A stretch of DNA of 64,000 bases from a virus: the IMG/VR virus record IMGVR_UViG_3300004481_000389, one strand, 5' to 3'. This document shows, piece after piece, positions 1 to 8,488 of this stretch. The first letter of the stretch is position 1; each line of letters starts with the position of its first letter. The position numbers and the translations under genes are program-made. The notes under the pieces were generated by a model. That model did not search any database. It had not been told where the DNA came from and saw only the letters and a list, made by a program, of their open reading frames with translations.

Positions 1-132
1 GCACTTATGATTGTGGGCATTATGGCTGCCATGAGTATTGATTCACAAAAACCAGCACACACCAATTATTCACTGGTGGCTTTGGCCGCTGTTTGTTTTG
101 GCCTGGCTGCATATATTGAGGTAATGAAGTAA
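1..132 (+). CDS. 3' end of a CDS cut by the window edge; hydrophobic C-terminus
   Basis: Frame 1 is open from base 1 to TAA 130-132 (ALMIVGIMAAM...CFGLAAYIEVMK). The stop overlaps the next ATG (TAATG). Confidence 0.4.
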   Translation, partial: ALMIVGIMAAMSIDSQKPAHTNYSLVALAAVCFGLAAYIEVMK

Positions 133-521
133 TGAGTAATAAAAAACTATGGTGTGTAGCAATTCGACCTGAATTTGACAGTCCATACAAGCAAACGCCC
201 GCCGTATCTAAGGAGGTGGCAGAACAGGTCATTGCTCGATACCGAAAAATGAATCATGCCATGTTCCAAAGTGAAGTAATTGCTAACTCCTATGATGGGT
301 TTTACCAGGTCCAACAATGGCACGGAACACGCAAGGACCATATTAGAAAAATGTTCTATACCCAGGATTGGTTTAATCAACCGATGTACCAGATTTTTGA
401 TATGAGCAATGCGGAAAGTGTTTTTAGTCGGGATGACCTGGTGATCTGCTACAAACAAGGATCTACCCCTTTAACAACTAAAGATATTAACGAAGCAAAA
501 CGCTTTTATGAGGCTGTGTAA
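132..521 (+). CDS. hypothetical protein
   Basis: 129-aa ORF whose start and stop are translationally coupled to both neighbours. No motif recognised. Confidence 0.6.
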   Translation: MSNKKLWCVAIRPEFDSPYKQTPAVSKEVAEQVIARYRKMNHAMFQSEVIANSYDGFYQVQQWHGTRKDHIRKMFYTQDWFNQPMYQIFDMSNAESVFSRDDLVICYKQGSTPLTTKDINEAKRFYEAV

Positions 522-1018
522 TGACTAAATTTCCAAGACAGTTAATGAGCGATATGTGGGACAGCAATGTTCGTTTTGACAAGATTCTACATATCCCGAC
601 CCTATCTGCGTCCATGTCCGAACGTATATCTGATGAGTTTCAGGAATTTTTAAGTGATGCGTATGAGGACTATCAAAATGCTGCGCTTTTAGAGCAATGT
701 CCAGCACTGGCCTCTACTCTTAAAGAGATCCAGGACAACGATAGCATTGAAGAATATTCGAGTGATATTGCGCGGGATCTATACCGGGAATGCGGCGATT
801 TTGAGTTTCTAGTGTGTCTTGAAATGGCCATACCTTATAACTTTAGTTTCAATGCCAAAGGTCAATACTTGTCTAATAGCCTGGGCGGTGTGTATCAAGG
901 CTTGTGGATTTTGGCCAAAGACATGACAGAGGCGGCCCAACTGGCCATCCAAAAAGCCGAAGCACTTTGGGAAAAGGAATGTGAAAAGGCTAAGCGTGAA
1001 AAGGGACTAATAGCGTGA
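521..1018 (+). CDS. hypothetical protein (acidic)
   Basis: 165-aa ORF; its ATG overlaps the preceding stop. Confidence 0.6.
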   Translation: MTKFPRQLMSDMWDSNVRFDKILHIPTLSASMSERISDEFQEFLSDAYEDYQNAALLEQCPALASTLKEIQDNDSIEEYSSDIARDLYRECGDFEFLVCLEMAIPYNFSFNAKGQYLSNSLGGVYQGLWILAKDMTEAAQLAIQKAEALWEKECEKAKREKGLIA

Positions 1019-1076
1019 ATCCCTTACCCATAGGACCCATAAAAAAGCCATCTTGCGCCGTAGAGGATAAAGCCTG

Positions 1077-1169
1077 ATGCAATATTGCGTAATTTGCCAG
1101 GCAGCTACCTTTTTTATTGAGGGTCGTTGCCTGGAATGCGGTCGGAAATGTTCAGGTCAGGGTCAGTAA
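1077..1169 (+). CDS. possible 30-aa zinc-ribbon miniprotein (MQYCVICQAATFFIEGRCLECGRKCSGQGQ)
   Basis: Hand-translated; below the ORF-track size cutoff. Two CxxC pairs; GAGGA lies about 9 nt upstream of the ATG. Confidence 0.3.
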   Translation: MQYCVICQAATFFIEGRCLECGRKCSGQGQ

Positions 1170-1211
1170 TGGCCCTTTCTTATATAAAAAATTAGATTAA
1201 GACTAATTATT

Positions 1212-1224
1212 GTGATAATATCAC
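1212..1224. promoter_or_regulatory. Palindromic operator GTGATA-A-TATCAC (site 1 of 4)
   Basis: Perfect 6-bp inverted repeat with a 1-nt centre, 33 bp upstream of the 1257 gene. The same motif recurs at 8753, 10784 and 14019. Confidence 0.5.
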
Positions 1225-1256
1225 TATGTTTTAAATCATCAAACTAAGGCTAAATT

Positions 1257-1637
1257 ATGAAGCATGAAGTAACTTCAACCAATTTTATTGAAATGATCAA
1301 TGTTTTACCTGAATTACCGGAAGTAGTGAAGGCCGATATTCTGAAACATCACGACCGTTTCGAGTTTATTTTTAATAACTGTGTAAGTGATCCAGGTGTT
1401 TTAAAAAGCTTTTATCAAAAATTCAATATGTTTAAGGCTGCTCAAGGTGCTGAATCCGATCCTTTTAGCGGGCAGATCGAAAGTGTAAACGGCGTTAGTT
1501 CTGTCGCTATGAGCATAGAGGATGTGTCAGCATTCATTATTTACATTTATCAAATGATTTACTTGCCAATACGTGAAGGAATGGCCCAAGTAGAAGAAGA
1601 AGTCCAATTTAATACAGCGCCAGTAGGGAGAGCATAA
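1257..1637 (+). CDS. hypothetical protein
   Basis: 126-aa ORF, first gene after operator site 1. Its stop overlaps the next start. Confidence 0.6.
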   Translation: MKHEVTSTNFIEMINVLPELPEVVKADILKHHDRFEFIFNNCVSDPGVLKSFYQKFNMFKAAQGAESDPFSGQIESVNGVSSVAMSIEDVSAFIIYIYQMIYLPIREGMAQVEEEVQFNTAPVGRA

Positions 1638-2026
1638 TGGATAATCCTATCTGCCCATACTGCAACGGCGATTCTAAGCTTGTTACAGGCCTTGTAATCT
1701 ATCCAACTAGGGTTGACCTTGCAGATTTAAGTTTCTATCAATGCGCGCCGTGTGAGGCTTATGTGGGGTGCCATAAAGGCACCACTCAGCCATTGGGCCG
1801 CCTGGCTGATGCTGAATTAAGACAATGGAAGTCTATAGCGCACAGAGTATTTGACCCAATCTGGCGTACAGGATTAATAAAGCGCAAAGAGGCATATAAA
1901 GCCTTAGCGCGTGAAATGGGTATTGAGGCTAAACACTGTCATATCGGAATGTTTGATGTGGAACAGTGCAGACAGGTTTATGCAATTTGCAAGAATGGCA
2001 AGTTAGTAGCGGGGGTTATAGCGTGA
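1637..2026 (+). CDS. zinc-ribbon protein (resembles the phage DUF3268-type family)
   Basis: CPYCNG...CAPCEAYVGCH four-cysteine N-terminal motif. Confidence 0.6.
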   Translation: MDNPICPYCNGDSKLVTGLVIYPTRVDLADLSFYQCAPCEAYVGCHKGTTQPLGRLADAELRQWKSIAHRVFDPIWRTGLIKRKEAYKALAREMGIEAKHCHIGMFDVEQCRQVYAICKNGKLVAGVIA

Positions 2027-2394
2027 TGGATATTCAAGAAGCAAGAGAAGCATTTGAGCGTAGGCAGGCCAAGGCCTTAAATGTGCCTTATGAAGGATTA
2101 AAGGCTCGCTTTGATGAAAATTCTAGATTGTTTGGTGCTCGTTACAACGCAGGCAGTATCAATGAAAAAGAATGGAATCTTTGGTTGGAAGCATGGCAAG
2201 CCAAAACCCAAGCGGTGCCGGAAGGGTTTATTTTGGTTTCTGCTGAGCAAATGAGCCAATGGGGCCACATGGCTAATTGCGCTGAACAGTATGGATGCCC
2301 TGAGTGTTATGAAGCCAGAGGATATACGCATAGTTTGGCTTGTGAAATTAATGCTTATTTCAATGTAAGTGAAGCACAGGAACAAAACGCATGA
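2026..2394 (+). CDS. hypothetical protein
   Basis: In-frame ATG at 2026 overlaps the upstream TGA (GTGATGG). The track ORF from 1966 would overlap the previous gene by 60 nt. Confidence 0.55.
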   Translation: MDIQEAREAFERRQAKALNVPYEGLKARFDENSRLFGARYNAGSINEKEWNLWLEAWQAKTQAVPEGFILVSAEQMSQWGHMANCAEQYGCPECYEARGYTHSLACEINAYFNVSEAQEQNA

Positions 2395-2735
2395 ATAAAA
2401 TTGTAATCAAGGATCAAGATATATCGATCCCTCACTTTTTTGATGTGGCAAAAATTCAGGCGCTTTTTGATTCATTCTGTGAGCCAGAAACCAAAAAAGA
2501 TAAGGTATTCAATCTGATTGCACTTGCTGATTTTTTGAAGCTTGATAGTCAGGCCGACACTTTGAGAGATCTATTGAGTTTAATAAACGCCATTGAATCA
2601 AGGGAGGGGATGGCTAGTCTTTCTGACGATCTTTATCCTATATGCAAAAGACTGCAGCACTCCGTATTTGGAGCTTTCAGACAACAAGCTGGTGATGGTT
2701 TAAGTAGCTATTTTTACATATACGCAGGGCTATAA
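2391..2735 (+). CDS. hypothetical protein
   Basis: 114-aa ORF with an ATGA overlap to the upstream gene. Confidence 0.6.
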   Translation: MNKIVIKDQDISIPHFFDVAKIQALFDSFCEPETKKDKVFNLIALADFLKLDSQADTLRDLLSLINAIESREGMASLSDDLYPICKRLQHSVFGAFRQQAGDGLSSYFYIYAGL

Positions 2736-2738
2736 ATC

Positions 2739-3278
2739 ATGAACAAACCAGTATTACCACTAGAAGTCCTGGAAGGCTCTATCGCTCATATCGAGCAATT
2801 AAAATCTAAAACAGAGGCAATGTTAGGTCCCAAAAACCTACTTGCTGATGCTGTGATTAGCATGGATTTTGCCGGGCATTCTTATGATTACAGTGAATTG
2901 TTGGTTATGCGTGACGGCGCTTTAGATCTGGCCGCTATGAATGCAACAACCACAACGGCACACCAGGCCTGGAACAATCCAGAGGATGCTATAAAAAGCA
3001 TTCGCCTGGCACGTGAAAAAATGGACCTACTCGATGAGGAAAGGACCCGGCTTATAAGAGAACACCAGGATAAATATGCGCGTGATATTTTTATGGATAT
3101 GCACCAATCATTAGAGGATGGCTTGGGTATACCGCACCGTTTTATATGTGATGAGTATCTGGCAAAAAAGGATATAACGCCTGTATGGGCTGAAAAGATA
3201 TGGCCGGAATTGCAGAGATACCACTTAAAACGGGCTAAATCGCCGGAAAGGGTTGCTGTGATTAGTGTTGTTGATTAA
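2739..3278 (+). CDS. hypothetical protein
   Basis: 179-aa ORF, tightly packed in the same operon. Confidence 0.6.
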   Translation: MNKPVLPLEVLEGSIAHIEQLKSKTEAMLGPKNLLADAVISMDFAGHSYDYSELLVMRDGALDLAAMNATTTTAHQAWNNPEDAIKSIRLAREKMDLLDEERTRLIREHQDKYARDIFMDMHQSLEDGLGIPHRFICDEYLAKKDITPVWAEKIWPELQRYHLKRAKSPERVAVISVVD

Positions 3279-3292
3279 TAGGGGAATATAAA

Positions 3293-3562
3293 ATGAGTAT
3301 CTGGCTTGATGCAAAAGTAATCTTGAGTAGTAAGGTTGACCCTTCAAAGTCTCCTAAAGCTGGAATCGAGGCTATTTTTAAAAAGAATGGAATAGATTTT
3401 AGTGAACGTCACTTTGAAGGCTCGGTAAAAGTCACTAAAGAAGCAATAGTGATTAGTATCTGCAATCCTGACGGATATGTTGATGAAATACACCAGTCTT
3501 TTAAGGACCTGGTAAAACAGCCGTGGATTGTGACTGTAAAAATAGAACAACATTACTATTAA
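3293..3562 (+). CDS. hypothetical protein
   Basis: 89-aa ORF with GGGGAA upstream, followed by a terminator. Confidence 0.55.
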   Translation: MSIWLDAKVILSSKVDPSKSPKAGIEAIFKKNGIDFSERHFEGSVKVTKEAIVISICNPDGYVDEIHQSFKDLVKQPWIVTVKIEQHYY

Positions 3563-3579
3563 TCATTAATAGCCAACTT

Positions 3580-3604
3580 AGCCCCCTTCGTGGGGCTTTG
3601 TTGT
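3580..3604 (+). terminator. Rho-independent terminator
   Basis: AGCCCC-cttcgt-GGGGCT hairpin followed by TTTGTTG. Confidence 0.6.
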
Positions 3605-3674
3605 ATCTGGACTATAGCATTTTGCTTGAATCACAATATAATTAGCCTATATCTAATTAATAAGGCTCTACCTA

Positions 3675-4097
3675 ATGGAAGATACTAACTTAGTCGCGTT
3701 TTCACATAAAGAAGGCTGGCAATCTACCCCTGATTTCATCATGCAAAAAATGGATGAATTGAACAATGAAGAATTGTCTTATCACGATTGTATTGCTGAA
3801 TGTGGCTATCAGTTAGATTCAGCGTATGATTTTAGCCGATCTGAGGACTGCCCTTACTTTTTACGTGTGTATATGACACTACAGCCAGGATACCCGCCGT
3901 TTTTAGTCATGATGAGCATTTCACCAGAAATGGCCACAGAAAACTTTGTCTGCTTTGATAGTTTATCCCTCCTGGAATTGCTGGCCAAGCTTGCACCAGT
4001 CTTACAGCTCAAGCTTGCGTGTACTAATCCTACTCAAGCATTGCACCTTGTAGCTAATAAACCAGCTGCAAAGAAAACTAAGAAAAAATCGGCTTAA
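3675..4097 (+). CDS. hypothetical protein with a Lys-rich C-terminal tail
   Basis: 140-aa ORF ending KPAAKKTKKKSA. Confidence 0.55.
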   Translation: MEDTNLVAFSHKEGWQSTPDFIMQKMDELNNEELSYHDCIAECGYQLDSAYDFSRSEDCPYFLRVYMTLQPGYPPFLVMMSISPEMATENFVCFDSLSLLELLAKLAPVLQLKLACTNPTQALHLVANKPAAKKTKKKSA

Positions 4098-4369
4098 ATT
4101 AGTTTTTAATTAATTTAATGATTGCAAATAATAAGCTAAAGGCTTATATTTCAACGCAAGCGGCCTGGGTGTACATTCCTCAGCATGTGACTATCCCATG
4201 CCTGGGCTGCTTACAGATTTAAAGATTTGACTGTGATCGTTGAGATGTTGGGTATTTCCGCGATTGGGATTGGGAGGTCCTTCACAGTTGGATGGTGTGG
4301 CCCGCTTTAGTGGCAAGTGAGTGATAAAAAGAGGTTCTTAGTCCTCCCTCTTTTATCACTTGCGAATTT

Positions 4370-4446
4370 GCGCCATTAGCTCAGTTGGATAGAGCATCTG
4401 CCTTCTAAGCAGATGGTCACTGGTTCGATTCCAGTATGGCGCACCA
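4370..4446 (+). tRNA. tRNA-Arg (anticodon UCU, reads AGA), with encoded CCA
   Basis: Cloverleaf read by hand: acceptor GCGCCAT/ATGGCGC, D-arm GCTC-AGTTGGATA-GAGC, anticodon stem TCTGC/GCAGA with loop CTTCTAA, T-arm ACTGG-TTCGATT-CCAGT, then ACCA. Confidence 0.92.
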
Positions 4447-4821
4447 GTTTTAAAGGATTGAATGTCGTTGTTTATGACGTGAACGGGTGATCGAATAATT
4501 CGAGAACTGGCGACTATGGGATCGTATGCCCTGAACGTGTCGTTGCAGATATACCGCAGAATGATGAACATGACAGCCTGGAACAGACAGGCAACCGATC
4601 TGACGAGCTGGCGAGATTCCAGCGAAACCTTTTAAGGTCATCGGACGTTACGCTGTTAGTTATGACATGAGACTAACAAGGATTGCCAGGGGATGCGTAA
4701 TAAACCTGGACGGCATAGCACGTTATTGGTCGTAGATGATAGTAGCCCGACCACAAAGCCGCTATGGGTATTTACCTATCCCGTGAGGTGATACACGTTA
4801 AAAAACACAAGATTTATTTCA

Positions 4822-4856
4822 GCCGCCTAGTAACCCTCATTAGGCGGCTTTTTTTT
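4822..4856 (+). terminator. Rho-independent terminator
   Basis: GCCGCCTA-gtaaccctcat-TAGGCGGC followed by T8. Confidence 0.75.
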
Positions 4857-4860
4857 GTCT

Positions 4861-4908
4861 GCACTTATACAGTTATACGTTTATGCGGTTATGCACTCAT
4901 GCACCCTG
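4861..4908. promoter_or_regulatory. 8-bp-periodic repeat array A (6 units)
   Basis: gcacttat|acagttat|acgtttat|gcggttat|gcactcat|gcaccctg. Lies between the terminator and the methyltransferase-terminase operon. Confidence 0.55.
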
Positions 4909-4995
4909 GGGATAGCTCAGTATAGGAAAATCAAAGGATTTGACCTGGTTTGCCCTTGCTTCAATACAGCGTTCAAGTGGTAAACGGTGTTTGAT

Positions 4996-5718
4996 ATGCA
5001 GTTAATACAAGGCGATTGCCTGGAAAAAATGAAATTAATCCCGGATCAAAGTGTGGACCTGATTTTGACCGACCCGCCGTATGGCACCACGGCCTGTAAA
5101 TGGGATTCAGTCATTGATTTTGGCTTGATGTGGGCCGAACTAAAGAGAATCATTAAACCCAACGGCGCAATCGTGCTATTTGGTGCAGAGCCATTTTCTA
5201 GCCTACTCCGGGCAAGCAATATTAAGCAGTTTCGCTATGACTGGATCTATGAAAAGCCAGCTGCTACAGGCTTCTTAAACGCAAAAAAGCAACCTTTACG
5301 CGCTCATGAGATTATCAGCGTATTTTATGCCCGCCAGCCGATCTATAACCCTCAGAAAACCACTGGCCAGCGCCGTAAACAATCAGCCAGGACAGATATA
5401 GGAAGTGAATGTTATGGAAAGGCCATTAAACGCCAGGTTTATGATTCTACAGAGCGTTACCCGCGATCTATTCAAAAATTTAACAGTGATAAGCAGAAAC
5501 AATCCCTTCACCCTACCCAAAAGCCAGTAGCCCTACTGGAATACCTGATCAAGACTTACACCCAGGAAGGAGAGACAGTTTTGGATTTCACAATGGGATC
5601 GGGTAGCACCGGGGTTGCTTGTCTCAATACCGGGCGTGATTTTATTGGTATCGAGTTGGATGCTCATTATTTTGAAATTGCCAGCACCAGGATAGCCCAG
5701 GCCCAGGCGACCAAATAG
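4996..5718 (+). CDS. DNA methyltransferase (N6-adenine/N4-cytosine, beta-class), orphan
   Basis: LILTDPPYGT catalytic motif, HPTQKPVALLEYLI, and the VLDFTMGSGSTGVAC SAM-binding motif. No endonuclease gene is adjacent. ATG 4996 is preferred over GTG 4987. Confidence 0.85.
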   Translation: MQLIQGDCLEKMKLIPDQSVDLILTDPPYGTTACKWDSVIDFGLMWAELKRIIKPNGAIVLFGAEPFSSLLRASNIKQFRYDWIYEKPAATGFLNAKKQPLRAHEIISVFYARQPIYNPQKTTGQRRKQSARTDIGSECYGKAIKRQVYDSTERYPRSIQKFNSDKQKQSLHPTQKPVALLEYLIKTYTQEGETVLDFTMGSGSTGVACLNTGRDFIGIELDAHYFEIASTRIAQAQATK

Positions 5719-5777
5719 GAAAATCAAAGCTTTTCGCTGTTTTTGATCCGCTTAAATGAAGTCTTGATTTTGTAAGA

Positions 5778-6242
5778 GTGGATTCAATGACACAAGCGAC
5801 TGCACCCCAGGGCCTTAGAGCTACCGCCAGGATTAAAAGCCAGTTTAAGCGATACAAGAAAATAGCTTGGTCCGTGGGGTTTGCTGCTATCTGGGCGTAC
5901 CTCTTTATTTTTTACACGCTTGTTAAAAGTACGGCGGGCTGTCTATCTGGCATGTATGTCTGCCGTATGGATAACGCGCCGTTTGATCTGGGTCCTATCG
6001 TGATTAGCTGGCTTGTTTATTTGGGCATGGTTATCGCCACAATTAAGCTGGCCACAAAAGTTGACCTGGTTCAATCGGCCCTGACTGATTATGAGCAAGA
6101 GCAGCTGCAATTGGTCGCAATGCAAGATGCTTATATGCGAAGTGCTGAAATTGCAGAATCCAGGGATAACTTGCACGGGACCTATCACAGCAAAGTTTAC
6201 AGTGCCGCCGTCCGTGACATTGAAAACATTATTAATAAGTGA
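5778..6242 (+). CDS. membrane protein (2-3 predicted TM helices)
   Basis: Hydrophobic segments IAWSVGFAAIWAYLFIFYTLV and LGPIVISWLVYLGMVIATIKLA. Lies directly upstream of the terminase. Confidence 0.5.
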   Translation: MDSMTQATAPQGLRATARIKSQFKRYKKIAWSVGFAAIWAYLFIFYTLVKSTAGCLSGMYVCRMDNAPFDLGPIVISWLVYLGMVIATIKLATKVDLVQSALTDYEQEQLQLVAMQDAYMRSAEIAESRDNLHGTYHSKVYSAAVRDIENIINK

Positions 6243-6251
6243 TGTTATCAA

Positions 6252-7775
6252 ATGGTTAAGCGCGTTTTATTACACCAGGACCCAAGATGGCCCGAATTTT
6301 GTGAACGATTTGCACCGGATATTGTTCGTTTTGTGATTGAGGTTATTGGCCTAGAGCCAACGCCTCACCAGATTGAATTGCATAGATCCGTGGCTTGTTC
6401 CCGTTCCAGGACAAGTGTTGCTTCTGGTCATGGTACGGGTAAAACGTCCGGTACTTCTCACATTGTCTTATGGCACCTACTTTGTTTCCCTATGTCCGTT
6501 ACGCTGATTACAGCGAACGACATGGACCAGTTGAAAGCGACCATGTGGAAGGAGATTGGCACCAACGTTGAACGTATCCGGGCCAATCCTAACTATGGCT
6601 GGATTGCGGATCATATCGAAGTCCTGGCGAATGCCACAATGCGTATTAAGGGCTTTGAAGATACCTGGTTTGTGGAATCTAAAACAGCCAACGCCAAAAC
6701 CGCTAACAAAATGGCGGGCCGTCATGGTGAATGGCTATTGGTCATTGTCGATGAGGCAAGTACCGTACCAGATGAAGTGACAACCACACTTCTAGGCGCA
6801 TTGACAGAACAGCATAACCGAATGCTGATGAACTCACAGCCTACCCGTAATGCGGGCTTTTTCTGGCGTACACATCATGAGTTATCGCTGGCCAACGGCG
6901 GGGAATGGAATAACCTTGTATTTAGTTCAGTAGATTCGCCCCTGGTATCTGATGATGCCTTGATGGCCCTATGGAACTCATACGATGATGATGAAAGGCG
7001 GGTGCGTTTACTGGGCTTATTCCCGCAAGATTCATCAAAGCACATGATGAGTTTGCGCGTAGCTATGAAAATGTATAGCTATGGCCGAATTATTGATGAA
7101 AGTGAGCCATACGGCTATTTACTCACAAATGACGTTGCATCTGGTGAAGGTGTCCGCGATAAATCTGCAATCGTGGCGATCCGGGTGATTGGTTACGGTG
7201 ATGTAGGACCCGAAGCCAGGCGGGTTGAAGTAATTGAAATCCCATTATTCACCAACGGCGTAAGATCCAACAAATTAGCTGGCCGCATTATGGGATCTGG
7301 CCAGGAATACCCGGACAATACAAAAGTAGTCGATAGCGGCGGCTTAGGTATTAACGTATGCCAGGATCTTGAGGATGCCAACCAGGTCATTATACGGGTA
7401 AACTGGGGAAATCCATGTTTCCAGAACAAGAATAAGGATCGTTATTTAAATTTACGCGCTCAGGCCATGCACCAGGCCGCCAGGGCTGCAAAAGAGGGTC
7501 GACTTAGTATATTGACCCCGGCATATAAAAAAGAGCTTCTAGCGCAATCTAGCCGCATTCCTAAATCATTCACTGATAAAGGACGAATTAGGGTCCCGCC
7601 TAAGCATAGTCCTGAATGGGAGGGGATGGGTTCACCCGATTTATGGGATGCAATCTGTTTTGCTTTCCTGGAAAACGTATCTTATATCGCTACTGAGAAG
7701 GATTTAGATAATGTGGATGAGGTAGGTAAGAGCCTGGAAGAAGAAGCGGCGGCGGCTTTTGATGATATTGAGTGA
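6252..7775 (+). CDS. terL: terminase large subunit
   Basis: Walker A SGHGTGKTS, Walker B LLVIVDEAS, 507 aa, acidic C-terminus. Confidence 0.8.
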   Translation: MVKRVLLHQDPRWPEFCERFAPDIVRFVIEVIGLEPTPHQIELHRSVACSRSRTSVASGHGTGKTSGTSHIVLWHLLCFPMSVTLITANDMDQLKATMWKEIGTNVERIRANPNYGWIADHIEVLANATMRIKGFEDTWFVESKTANAKTANKMAGRHGEWLLVIVDEASTVPDEVTTTLLGALTEQHNRMLMNSQPTRNAGFFWRTHHELSLANGGEWNNLVFSSVDSPLVSDDALMALWNSYDDDERRVRLLGLFPQDSSKHMMSLRVAMKMYSYGRIIDESEPYGYLLTNDVASGEGVRDKSAIVAIRVIGYGDVGPEARRVEVIEIPLFTNGVRSNKLAGRIMGSGQEYPDNTKVVDSGGLGINVCQDLEDANQVIIRVNWGNPCFQNKNKDRYLNLRAQAMHQAARAAKEGRLSILTPAYKKELLAQSSRIPKSFTDKGRIRVPPKHSPEWEGMGSPDLWDAICFAFLENVSYIATEKDLDNVDEVGKSLEEEAAAAFDDIE

Positions 7776-7978
7776 ATAAATTAGATTTGATTTAATATTT
7801 TTATTAGTCAAAAGCTTTTATTTCATGATCTATTGATATACAATGCTTTCCGTCAGCTAAACGGCGCTGATAGCAGAAAAACTAATTGAGGCCATGCTCT
7901 AATCGAAAAGTCTGCTGCTTGTGGTGTTTTTAGTTTTTTACACAGGCTCCAACCAAATTTAAAGTTACTTTTTGATGC

Positions 7979-8012
7979 CCGCTATTACCCCCCAGTAATA
8001 GCGGTTTTTTTT
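7979..8012 (+). terminator. Rho-independent terminator
   Basis: CCGCTATTAC-ccccca-GTAATAGCGG followed by T8. It lies 200 nt beyond the terL stop. Confidence 0.75.
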
Positions 8013-8032
8013 GCTTGTGTGTTTCTCCCAGG

Positions 8033-8061
8033 TATAAAAAAAGCCCCGGTTAAAGGGCTTT
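8033..8061 (-). terminator. Rho-independent terminator (minus strand)
   Basis: On the minus strand, AAGCCC-tttaaccg-GGGCTT followed by T7. Lies after the 8073-8441 gene. Confidence 0.55.
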
Positions 8062-8072
8062 AGTCTGAAAAA

Positions 8073-8441
8073 TTAATCCCAGCTTGAAGATGAACTTGAA
8101 CTGCTGCTATCACAGCTAGATGAGCCGCCGTCATAGCTGGATGAGCCACTATAACCGCTTGAATGGTGGTTGCTTGAGGTGCCAGAACTATAGCAATTAT
8201 CACTATGGCCCCTGGTAGGTTGATCATCATTCAAAGCTGAGGCAAGTAATATTGTGTTTTGCTGCTGTATATAGCCGGATGATAGATTGCTTGATGAGTT
8301 ACCCGATCCGGTACGCTTAATATCTGGCTTAGGCACTGTATTAAAATGTGTTGCACGGGCCTTGAGTTGTTTAGCCTTACAGTCGCATTTCACTTGTGAT
8401 GAAAAAAACCAACGTTTATTGCAGATATTACATTTAGCCAC
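8073..8441 (-). CDS. Cys-motif N-terminus plus extremely Ser-rich tail; function unknown
   Basis: CNICNKRWFFSSQVKCDC at the N-terminus. The C-terminal half is roughly 45 percent Ser and ends CDSSSSSSSSSWD. Confidence 0.5.
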   Translation of the reverse strand: MAKCNICNKRWFFSSQVKCDCKAKQLKARATHFNTVPKPDIKRTGSGNSSSNLSSGYIQQQNTILLASALNDDQPTRGHSDNCYSSGTSSNHHSSGYSGSSSYDGGSSSCDSSSSSSSSSWD

Positions 8442-8488
8442 TTTATGATCCCGGCAAAAATTAAGATTAGAAAAGAAAAAAACCCCGG

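Noticed and set aside
1-8. The window begins with gcacttat, the octamer-array unit
   Set aside because: It is a single unit inside a coding frame. Roughly two random occurrences are expected, so only the tandem intergenic arrays are meaningful.
4370-4446. tRNA-Arg as a chromosomal attB marking a prophage-host junction
   Set aside because: Both sides of the tRNA carry phage or plasmid genes and no host housekeeping genes appear anywhere in the window. I also found no duplicate of the tRNA 3' end near int by eye.
4516-4635. 39-aa ORF (MGSYALNVSLQIYRRMMNMTAWNRQATDLTSWRDSSETF) in the GC-rich non-coding region
   Set aside because: There is no Shine-Dalgarno sequence and no recognisable fold features. 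It is more likely a chance ORF within a non-coding or RNA-encoding segment.
8073-8441. Ser/Gly/Cys-rich tail as a RiPP (microcin B17-like) precursor
   Set aside because: No cyclodehydratase, dehydrogenase, lanthipeptide synthetase or exporter genes lie nearby. At 122 aa with an N-terminal Cys knuckle, it is atypical for a precursor peptide.
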